A stretch of DNA of 64,000 nt, taken from a virus. Under the pieces are notes generated by a model that did not search any database, was not told where the DNA came from, and saw only the letters and a program-made list of their open reading frames with translations. The stretch covers positions 31,931 to 95,930 of IMG/VR virus record IMGVR_UViG_3300027861_000016, one strand, 5' to 3'. The number at the start of each line of letters is the position of its first letter. Within the stretch, counting starts at the first letter, position 1. This document shows positions 20,770 to 29,452 of the stretch, one piece after another. The translations under genes were made by a program, and so were the position numbers.

Positions 20770-20922
20770 CTATAGTAAAAGGATTAAAAATACTATCAAT
20801 ACTATGATAGGTAAGAATCTAAATACTTCAAGTACTAATATTACTATATAATACAGAAGTAATAAATTGATGTAAAATACTACTATAAGTAAGAGTAGTA
20901 TTATTTCTATAAATGTTTTCAT
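20770..20922 (-). CDS. Very hydrophobic 50-aa membrane peptide
   Basis: MKTFIEIILLLLIVVFYINLLLLYYIVILVLEVFRFLPIIVLIVFLILLL; below the ORF-track size cutoff. Confidence 0.45.
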   Translation of the reverse strand: MKTFIEIILLLLIVVFYINLLLLYYIVILVLEVFRFLPIIVLIVFLILLL

Positions 20923-20924
20923 AT

Positions 20925-21549
20925 CTAAAATCTAAATATATCTTTTTGTTTTATTCTCTTTATAAACTGTGATGGACTAATACCTCTCTTATGTATTTCT
21001 GAAATATCCATAACAAACTTACATCCTTGTCTTTTCTTACACCTATCAATATTAATTAAAATTCTTCTATAGAATTCTTTCTTCTGTTTTCTTGGTAGTC
21101 TGCTCATATTTATCTGTGTTTAGCTAAAGGTTTTAAATACTCGTGTACATCTAATATAGTTTTACAATTGTATGCTGTAAAGCCTTCAAGATTCCATACT
21201 ATAACATCATCTGAGATTCTACTGTCTTCTTCTTTAATTTTTCTATTGAGATCATTTATAGTTTCTTCTTTCATAGTGTAAAGTTAAACATATTATTCTT
21301 TTATCCAAAAATTATATACCCTTCTTCTTTATATACCTTCTTTCTTTGTTCTGTTATAATACTATCCTTATGTATATATGTTAACTCTGTACCATACTTT
21401 CCTTCTTTATGTGCCCATAGGAAGTAGTCATCAAAATCCTTTACTGTAGTAGATACTTTAAGTCTAGACATCTCCTGTACTGTCATATATTTACTCCAGT
21501 CTACATCTGTTAGTAACACTTTTATTTGTTTGAATTCATCTTCTTTCAT
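20925..21549 (-). other. Three small hypothetical ORFs (20925-21107, 21110-21274, 21301-21549)
   Basis: Co-oriented ORFs; two are preceded by -7 boxes 4 nt before the ATG. Confidence 0.55.
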
Positions 21550-21753
21550 AAGTCAAATATAATAATTTTTTTTATTTTTTATAATACAAAGTAGATTAAT
21601 TTATATAGGGAGGTGTACAAATTGTATGAAGGGTTACAAATACCATGGTCTCTATCATACCCTCCCCTAGTCAGCGGTGGAGATTGGCTGTACCCCCATG
21701 TTTATCACAGCTTTAAATTCAATTCATTTATTAATAACTTAATACATAACATT

Positions 21754-22281
21754 ATGTCTACAACAAACACAGTAATCGGATCAGTTCTTTTATCAACATT
21801 CCTTAAAGAACAAACAAACTTTACCTTCAGAGCAGTTCCTAACAAAGAAAAGCAACCAACTGAAGGTATCATGAATAAAGAGAGTGACAATCCTATTAAC
21901 ATGGGTAAGTACTCTATCTTACTTCCTCAAGTAATGAGTGACTTCACTATGATTACTCCTCAAATATCAATGGAAGTAACTGAAGATGGTAGGACTTACA
22001 CTAAAGTACAAGAGAAGGGTTACATCAACTTCTGGGCATTCGCAGGTTTATCTGATAAAGAATTCTCATTAATACCTGATAAGTGTCACGTACAGATCGA
22101 GAAGTCTGTTAATGAGGATACTGGAGACGTGTATTACAACACTAACCTTGTACCTGAAGATGGTGGTTTAACTCTTCCTATTGCATCTAAGACTACTAAT
22201 AAGTCTAATGCACAAACTAGTAAAGCAGGTATTCCTGAAGTACCTGTAAAACAAAAAGAGACTACTGATGAAACATTCTAG
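21754..22281 (+). CDS. First gene of rightward arm; hypothetical, possibly OB-fold/SSB-like
   Basis: Likely start MSTTNTV (ATG 21754) after an A-rich leader; beta-rich core with acidic ...TTDETF tail; followed by a terminator. Confidence 0.45.
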   Translation: MSTTNTVIGSVLLSTFLKEQTNFTFRAVPNKEKQPTEGIMNKESDNPINMGKYSILLPQVMSDFTMITPQISMEVTEDGRTYTKVQEKGYINFWAFAGLSDKEFSLIPDKCHVQIEKSVNEDTGDVYYNTNLVPEDGGLTLPIASKTTNKSNAQTSKAGIPEVPVKQKETTDETF

Positions 22282-22290
22282 TAGATTCTC

Positions 22291-22320
22291 CTCCCTTCGG
22301 GGAGTTTCTCTTTTATTTTA
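22291..22320 (+). terminator. Intrinsic terminator (cUUCGg)
   Basis: CTCCC TTCG GGGAG then a T-rich tail. Confidence 0.7.
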
Positions 22321-22341
22321 ATTACTTAATACTATAATATT

Positions 22342-22680
22342 ATGAATATTCCTACAATAAATACAGTTGATACTGATTGCAAATTAATAAAAGTAGATTC
22401 ATTCCAAGCTACTCAAATAGCTTGTGGACTTGTACATGATAATAACTTTGTTGAGTTATCAACTCTCAAATCTACTTGTGGTATTCCAATGTGTACATGG
22501 TTATCAATAACTAATGAGTTGCCTCAATCTATTACATTCCATGAATCTAATAGAACTGTTCTTAGAGAGGCTATCATTTCACGAATTAGACATTGCAAGA
22601 AAGAACGAGATAATGGTGGATTTGATTTTAATCCTCGTACTTATAATGCACAGCTTACTCTTCTGGAGAAATTACTTTAA
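22342..22680 (+). CDS. Hypothetical early protein
   Basis: 112-aa ORF with A-rich leader. Confidence 0.55.
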   Translation: MNIPTINTVDTDCKLIKVDSFQATQIACGLVHDNNFVELSTLKSTCGIPMCTWLSITNELPQSITFHESNRTVLREAIISRIRHCKKERDNGGFDFNPRTYNAQLTLLEKLL

Positions 22681-22919
22681 TTATCTAACTACAACTTAAT
22701 TACTTAATAACTAACTACTATGAACAAGATTATATTCAGAGCACTCGTAGAAACAATGACTGACGAAGAATTATCAATTCTTAATAAAGATAGTGAGTTT
22801 AAATCATTCTATAAGACTTTATAATGCATAAACTAAAAGAATTAATCAAACAAGCAATACCTTACACATGTTGTGTAGGGTTCTTTGCGGTATTTTACTT
22901 TATAACAATAGTGTTTAAC

Positions 22920-22946
22920 TGACCTCTTCGGAGGTTATTTTCTTTC
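22920..22946 (+). terminator. Intrinsic terminator (cUUCGg)
   Basis: TGACCTC TTCG GAGGTTA then TTTTCTTT. Confidence 0.7.
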
Positions 22947-22986
22947 ACTTCTGATTCCTAGGAATCATAATTTAATCGACTAAAAG

Positions 22987-23150
22987 AAATGATTGTTCCT
23001 CGATATTTATCACAATAGTTAGAAACCTTAGATAAATGATTGTCTCTTGATATATTAATACAACAGTCAGAGAACAATCTATTCATAGATTAATACAACA
23101 GTTTATACAGATATTAAGGCAACAGTCTATTCATGTATGAAATGATTGTT
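22987..23150 (+). repeat. Degenerate direct-repeat cluster (iteron-like)
   Basis: AAATGATTGT three times and GAT(AT)TAATACAACAGT-like motif four times in a gene-free stretch. Confidence 0.55.
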
Positions 23151-23243
23151 TGTCGAATTTGAGCTTCGAACTGGTCTTCGATGTGATTACCTCAACCAAC
23201 GTGACTACCTTGACCAAGGTGGGTATAAATAAAAATAAAAGAT

Positions 23244-23450
23244 ATGACAGTAAATATGTTATTAATAGGAGTGGGATGTGTGATTTGGTGCTTCCCTTTG
23301 TGGACAGTATTATCTAATATGATAACGACTCCTGTGCAGTTTTACCAACCAAAACTATGGGAAAAGTGGGTATTCTGGTTAACTATTGGTATGATAGTTG
23401 TTTCTGTGATAAAGATCATAGTTAACTATGGAGATTACGCATTGTTTTAG
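23244..23450 (+). CDS. Small two-TM membrane protein
   Basis: Two hydrophobic segments. Confidence 0.55.
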   Translation: MTVNMLLIGVGCVIWCFPLWTVLSNMITTPVQFYQPKLWEKWVFWLTIGMIVVSVIKIIVNYGDYALF

Positions 23451-23915
23451 TTAAAGTATTACTTTAAGTGGGTGCTATAAGTGGTTGAGTGTTAAGAAGT
23501 TAACGTGTTAGTCTCACTCCTTCCTATTCCCTCAACAATCCTCAATATTCACACTTCCATAACTAACCAACATTCTTTACCATTTAAACACAATTACAAT
23601 ACAACCCAATTGACACAGACTCTTCATATTACACCCAATAAAGAATATAAATCAATACCAAAACTCTTAAAAATATGCTTTACAATACAGTAAACGTACA
23701 ATTAACACTAAACCAATGGAAATACTAGCTCTATCAATAGGAATGTTATTAGGTTTAATAATATGGTTATTAGATGTTCTAACAAAGAAAGCACCAATAT
23801 TTGCTCTAATAATACTACTAGCAATTATAATTTCACTTCTAACTTTAATATTTAATCAATAAAGTTCATGAAAGAAAGACATGTATTAAAACAACACAAT
23901 TTAAACTAATCAAAT

Positions 23916-24860
23916 ATGAAAATAAAAAGATTTAATAGCTCAGAAGGTAATGTGTGGAAGTATGTATTTGACTTCAAAGATGCAATTGCAGAAGCAATAT
24001 TATATAAATATGATACATTCACAAAAAGAACAGTATTATGCATCTCTGTACAATCAGGATGTCCAGTAGGATGTAACTTCTGTGGAACAGGAAAACAATT
24101 CATTAGAAACCTAACATCTGATGAAATAGTGAATCAAGTACGACATGTACTAAAAGATATGAATATTGACACTGATGACATAGAAAGATTCCAAATCATG
24201 TTCATGTCAATGGGTGAACCTATGTTAAACTTCGATAACGTTAAATGTTCTATTCATGACTTACATTATCTTTACTCAAATACTGAATTACTATTATCTA
24301 CTATTGGTGTATTAAATGCTGAAGTAGTAGCTGATCTTATTACTTTAAGTAGAGCAATTGATAAAGTAGGTCTACAATTTTCAGTACATGAAGCAATTGA
24401 TACTAAAAGAGATGAATTAATACCCTTTAAAAACAAATTAACTCTTCGTCAAATAAGAGACTTTGGTATACTTTGGAATCAACAAACAAATAGACCTGTT
24501 TATATCAATTATTGTGTAACAGATACAAACCAAAGCGAAGAAGAGTTATATAGACTAATGGATCTATTTCCTCCAGCCATATTCAATTTTACATTCTCTG
24601 TAGTATGTTCAGACGATGAAACTATGAAAGATAAAGGGTATAAAGACTTAGGCGCAATAAATAAAATATCTTCTTTATTCTTATCCAATGATTACAATGT
24701 CAGAGTATTTAATCCAGCAGGACAAGATGATATTGGAGGAGGATGTGGACAACTATGGTATGTGCAAGAATGGATGAAAAAGAATAAAAAATGTTTAACC
24801 AACACTAAATATGATGAACAGTTAAAACTTGGAATACCTTTAGATAAAATAATAAACTAA
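23916..24860 (+). CDS. RlmN/Cfr-family radical SAM RNA methyltransferase-like protein
   Basis: LCISVQSGCPVGCNFCGTG (CxxxCxxC plus resolving Cys), MSMGEP, DDIGGGCGQL (methyl-carrier Cys). Confidence 0.85.
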   Translation: MKIKRFNSSEGNVWKYVFDFKDAIAEAILYKYDTFTKRTVLCISVQSGCPVGCNFCGTGKQFIRNLTSDEIVNQVRHVLKDMNIDTDDIERFQIMFMSMGEPMLNFDNVKCSIHDLHYLYSNTELLLSTIGVLNAEVVADLITLSRAIDKVGLQFSVHEAIDTKRDELIPFKNKLTLRQIRDFGILWNQQTNRPVYINYCVTDTNQSEEELYRLMDLFPPAIFNFTFSVVCSDDETMKDKGYKDLGAINKISSLFLSNDYNVRVFNPAGQDDIGGGCGQLWYVQEWMKKNKKCLTNTKYDEQLKLGIPLDKIIN

Positions 24861-24873
24861 CTATTTAAACCAT

Positions 24874-27119
24874 ATGAAAGTATATCTTTTTAAATTCGAT
24901 ACAAACTATGGAGAAGCCGGTATAATAGTAACAACAGTTCTAGGATTAGAACATGCTAAGAAACTAGCTTTAGAACAAGGTGCTTGGGATACAAATTGTA
25001 TTACAGAACTAAGCCCTAAAGAAGGAGCTATAACAAGTGTAAACTTTGGAGTACAAGGTAATTATGGTAACTACTAATAATACTAAAACAAAAACCAATG
25101 AATAAAACTATAGAATTCGTAACTACATGTGTAAAACATGATAATGATATACTAAGAGAAGACTCTTCTCCTTACTCTGAACTTTTAGATATAAATGAAT
25201 TAATAATGAACAATATCCCTGAAGATGAAGAGTATACTCTAACTATTAAACTAGAAAAGAATGAATAAAACAATCTATCTAATACTAGCAATAATACTAC
25301 TCCACTCATGTGGTGAAAGAATACCTATACTTGATGGAGAAGAGCCATTTGTTGTAGAAAGTATAACAACTTATAATGACACCCATTGTATCTATGTAGC
25401 ACATGATTGGAACAGTGGGTATAGTTTTTGGGCAATGGGTGAGCCACAAATAATACTCCCAACAGGATTATATCAAATCAATGATACTATAAGTATTTCA
25501 CCTAACTAACAATTAATATCATGAACAATCTACCAGAGAACTGGTGTGTAAAAGTGACCAAGGAGAATAAATCAGTAATCAATAAATGGAAGATTAAACA
25601 AGACTTAAATGCTTCATTATTTGACTATGATTATCGTTTTGTTAAAAACAATGGTTGTGGAGATGTAACAGAACCAAGACATTTACAACTAATAACATTC
25701 GAACAATTTAAAAAATATATACTTATGCAAGAAGAAGAAATAATAGGATATAAACTAAAAGACTTTGTAAATATTGAAGACGCTACGAATCTTTTTGAGT
25801 GTGAGTTAATACTAAGAAATAATTGTAATATACAAACAGATCAAATTGGATTAGTAAATATGGCTAAAGCCTTAAAAATATTAGACATATGGTTCGAACC
25901 TGTTTATGCACCTAAACTTACTTTACCTATAATTGGTGATTATCATGGATCCTTAGCAAGAGGTAACCTTAGTGTAGAATATGGTTGTAAAAATATATCA
26001 CTTGAATTTATCCGAGGACTACTTGCAATAGGAGTCGAATCTCTTAAAATTGAAGGAATTCCTATTTCTAGGAAACAATTAGAACAAATAGTTAAATACT
26101 TTAATAATCTATAGTCATGAATCAGCCAATAACAGAAACAGTAATAACAGCACCAGAAGGATTTCAAATAGATCCTGAAGCTTTAAAGAATAATGAAGTA
26201 AAGTTTATACCTATCAATGAACTAGATAACTTACCTGAAAGTTGGGAAGAGTTAGAGGAATTAACAGGTGAATATATATCAGAAGGTTCAGATGTAAGGA
26301 TTGCAATTGAACATAGTACAAGAGCATACTTTAAAAACATAGTACCAAAAGGTTACGGAGAACCAATGTTAGCACTCTGTCAACTCTTACAACTAAGAGA
26401 TAGATATAATGGTGATTGGGAACCTGATTATAATGCCGAAACACCTAAATTCTTTATTAACACTGCTTTTAATACCATAGATTATGGTTGGACAAAGAGT
26501 ATAAACCATAGTCTAGCCTTCAAAACAGAAGAACTAAGAGACAAATTCTTCAACGCTCCTAAAATAAGAGAATTAATAGAAATTGCAAAACCACTTTTAT
26601 AAACAATTAAAAATAGAAAGATATGGAAATAGGAATGATTGTAATAATGTGTATAGTAATGTTAGGAATAATAATAAGCTCTGCTGTACTAGAAGGAACT
26701 GATGGTGTATCGGTTATAGGTTTGATTCTACTTCTTGCTTTTTTAGGTTTTCTATTGTGCATAAATAATGAGCTAATAACTACAAAAGCAGAACAACAAA
26801 CTTATCACAAAGCCTTAATACATAACCCATATGAAATGACTATTTTATACGATGCACTTAATAATCCTAGAGATACAATTTATGAACTAAAAGAAATAAA
26901 ACTATGACACTACTAATAATAGGAACAGTATTTGGATGGTGGGTTCTAGGATTTCTAGCAGCTTATATAGCACATAGAATAGAAAATGTAAACTATAAAT
27001 TTTATGTTATAATGTTCATTACGCTCGTTGGTGGTTTTAGTTTGTGTATAGTTTTACTACTTATACTCTTTACACTCATCCCTTGGAATAAAACTATCTG
27101 GAAAGCCAGAAAGAAGTAA
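24874..27119 (+). other. Accessory ORFs (24874-25077, 25261-25509 lipoprotein-like, 25521-26114, 26117-26602, 26623-26907 TM, 26904-27119 TM)
   Basis: Co-oriented ORFs; LLHSC lipobox in 25261; TM helices in 26623 and 26904. Confidence 0.6.
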
Positions 27120-27138
27120 AATAATTTAAACTAAACAT

Positions 27139-27582
27139 ATGAAAAGAATAGTAATAGTAGGCATAGACGGTACAATATCTAAAGTAGGAGATAGATTAAA
27201 ATACTTAAATCAAACACCTAAAGATTGGGATAGTTTCTATAAAGCATGTGATGAAGATGAGCCTATAGATGATGTACTTAACCTGGTTTATACATTAGAT
27301 CAAGAAGATTATGATATAATATTCTGTACAGGTAGAAGATCATCAGAAAGAACTAAAACAATTAAATGGATAGATGAAAATATAGTACTTTCAGATTACA
27401 AATTATTAATGAGACCTACTAAAGACCATAGACATGATACAATTGTTAAACCTGAATTATTAGAAAATCATGGTATTCCTCTTGATAATATAATGTTTGT
27501 TTTAGAAGATAGAAATTCAATGGTAGCTAAATGGAGAGAGTTAGGTTTAACTTGTCTACAAGTAGCTGAAGGAGATTTCTAA
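27139..27582 (+). CDS. Polynucleotide kinase-type 3'-phosphatase (HAD), first catalytic Asp replaced by Gly
   Basis: GIDGT (normally DIDGT), CTGR, LLMR...D...K, EDR...W...GL.CLQVAEGDF. Confidence 0.8.
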   Translation: MKRIVIVGIDGTISKVGDRLKYLNQTPKDWDSFYKACDEDEPIDDVLNLVYTLDQEDYDIIFCTGRRSSERTKTIKWIDENIVLSDYKLLMRPTKDHRHDTIVKPELLENHGIPLDNIMFVLEDRNSMVAKWRELGLTCLQVAEGDF

Positions 27583-27612
27583 AATAATTTATAAATAACT
27601 AAAAATAATAAA

Positions 27613-27816
27613 ATGGAAATAATAGGAACAACAATAGCAGTGATAATTGGAGTAGTAATAATGGCATTAATATATGCTTTACCTGTAATGTGGTTATGGA
27701 ATTGGTTATGTCCTGATATATTTGGGTTAACTGAACTAAGTTTCTTACAAGCATTAGGTCTATCATTATTATCAGGCATTCTATTTAAAAGTAATATTTC
27801 AAACTCTTCTGATTAA
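27613..27816 (+). CDS. Small membrane protein (MWLWNWL.P.IFGL family)
   Basis: Common phage membrane-protein motif. Confidence 0.6.
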   Translation: MEIIGTTIAVIIGVVIMALIYALPVMWLWNWLCPDIFGLTELSFLQALGLSLLSGILFKSNISNSSD

Positions 27817-27819
27817 ATA

Positions 27820-27851
27820 TTTGCATTATAACAAAAATAATATTACTTTTG
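27820..27851 (+). promoter_or_regulatory. Bacteroidota promoter TTTG-N20-TACTTTTG
   Basis: Perfect -33/-7 consensus at the start of a 690-bp gene-free region. Confidence 0.8.
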
Positions 27852-27938
27852 TCTCACTTATTTGAAACTACTATAGCTGGTAAACGTTTAATTAAATGTT
27901 CGCCAACAACACATGTTTATTTCATTTAAGTAAATACG

Positions 27939-28011
27939 GAAAACCCTAATATACCCCTTAATAGACTTGTTGATTTGGCGATCAAAATTCTTATTAAGGG
28001 TTTTCTTTTTT
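27939..28011 (+). terminator. Long terminator/attenuator hairpin with UUGGCG loop
   Basis: CCCTTAATAG...TTGAT TTGGCG ATCAA...TTATTAAGGG followed by TTTTCTTTTTT. Confidence 0.7.
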
Positions 28012-28400
28012 ACACTCCCTTATAAAAACATATTAAACGGTGTGCTGAATTGCACCTTAAAAGAAGGGTAAGAAATTGCCTGGGCCGAAGTCTCGAACAA
28101 AGGGAACAAAGACTACACTCAATAGCTTGATACGGTTGAAATCCGTGCTCGTTCTCTTTTATCCAGTAGTTTATAACTTACAACTATAAACTAACAGCTT
28201 GAATTTAAGTTCACACTTATTACTTGAGGCTTCTATAATATCTTTTCTGTTCCCTTTTAAGATATATGTCTCAGACCTGTTGTATTCTATTAACTTCTAT
28301 AGTAGACAATGATAGTAAATCTAAATTGTCGAAGAAGTGGCCCTGCGAGATACTAGGAGTGTAGCAAGCATTGAAGAGTGCTTAACTATTAAACTGGATG
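28011..28400 (+). ncRNA. Large structured non-coding RNA candidate
   Basis: More than 10 helices with G-U pairs, a GAAA tetraloop and crossing long-range pairings; no ORF. Confidence 0.65.
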
Positions 28401-28503
28401 GGTGATTCTCCTACAATCAAAATAACAAATCTTCATTTCTATTATTCTCACCAAATTTGACAGAGGGCGATAGCTATATCTAATAACTAAATAACTAACA
28501 AAC

Positions 28504-28839
28504 ATGAAACTAAAACTAATAACAATACTACTATTAATTAGTAGTTATGCTTTTGCATTTGAACTAGAAATAATAGCAGTTAAACAAAATGATTCTTTAG
28601 TAAAAGTAACAGGAAGTATATTTGGTAATGATGACCACATATTCATTAGTAAAAATGGTGAAGATTATACTTTCATAATTACTAAGATTATAAAAACTGA
28701 GGAGACATTACAAATGTATTGTGATGATGTTATCATAGGTATGCAATTTCTAAGAGAATGTGATGGTAATAAATTATTCAATATTACAATAATATTTGAA
28801 GATGGTACTATAGCATTTTTAACTAGAACTAATAACTAA
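28504..28839 (+). CDS. Signal-peptide-bearing hypothetical protein
   Basis: MKLKLITILLLISSYAFA signal peptide. Confidence 0.55.
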   Translation: MKLKLITILLLISSYAFAFELEIIAVKQNDSLVKVTGSIFGNDDHIFISKNGEDYTFIITKIIKTEETLQMYCDDVIIGMQFLRECDGNKLFNITIIFEDGTIAFLTRTNN

Positions 28840-28845
28840 AGAGAT

Positions 28846-29325
28846 ATGAACATAGGTATGACTAAAGAAGAATACATCAAGGCACAAGAAATGTTTCCAG
28901 ATGTAGATTGGACTAAAGAGTTCCCAAGAGAGATGTTGGTTACTGATAATTTAAAAGGATTGAAAACAAAAGCATTAGTACATGGTATATTTCCTAATAG
29001 ATTAAATAAATGGAAAGTAATAACAGATAAGGATAGTTTTGTATATGCAAAAGAACTACCCACAACAAAGAAAATGACAGTAGCTGAACTTGAAGAAGAA
29101 TTAGGATATAGTATAGAAATAGTTAAATAAAAATAAAACATGAACATAGATAGAAAAGAACTAATAAGATTACTAGAATTTGCCCAAATAGGTATTGATA
29201 GAGATATGTGTTATACTCATTGTGCAAAGACAGAGCAAGACAGAGTACAAGACCTCAAAGATGTAAATAAACTAATAGATGAGTTAGAATCTATTGAAGT
29301 AGATGATATAGAAATAGTTAAATAA
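28846..29325 (+). other. Two small ORFs (28846-29130, 29140-29325) ending in the same 21-bp sequence
   Basis: Both end IEIVK*; TATAGAAATAGTTAAATAAAA at 29112 and 29307. Confidence 0.65.
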
Positions 29326-29331
29326 AACAAT

Positions 29332-29452
29332 AAAGGGATAGCTCAGTCTGGTAGAGCAAGGTATATTAGACGACAAACGGTCACTAGATTTATACTTTAA
29401 AGATAAACTAAGTCGCTTACCAAGGTCGTAGGTTCAAATCCTACTCCCTTTA
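29332..29452 (+). ncRNA. tRNA-like RNA with 54-nt structured insert replacing the anticodon loop
   Basis: AAAGGGA/TCCCTTT acceptor, GCTC-AGTCTGGTA-GAGC D-arm, GGTA/TACC anticodon stem, AGGTC variable loop, GTAGG-TTCAAAT-CCTAC T-arm. Confidence 0.8.

Noticed and set aside
21613-21753. N-terminal extension of the 21613 ORF from GTG
   Set aside because: It crosses the structured strand-switch region; ATG 21754 has a typical A-rich leader.
22987-23150. Mini CRISPR array
   Set aside because: Repeats are degenerate, irregularly spaced and lack unique spacers; no cas genes.
23505-23693. 62-aa ORF
   Set aside because: Low-complexity product of a G-poor tract; probably non-coding.
28123-28153. Group II intron domain V (AGC...TACGG-TTGAAAT-CCGTG...GTT)
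   Set aside because: Only a loose resemblance; helix geometry and position within the RNA do not fit, and there is no RT/maturase or interrupted gene.
29364-29417. Group I intron or intron-containing ochre suppressor tRNA
   Set aside because: 54 nt is too short for a self-splicing intron, and the spliced loop would lack U33.
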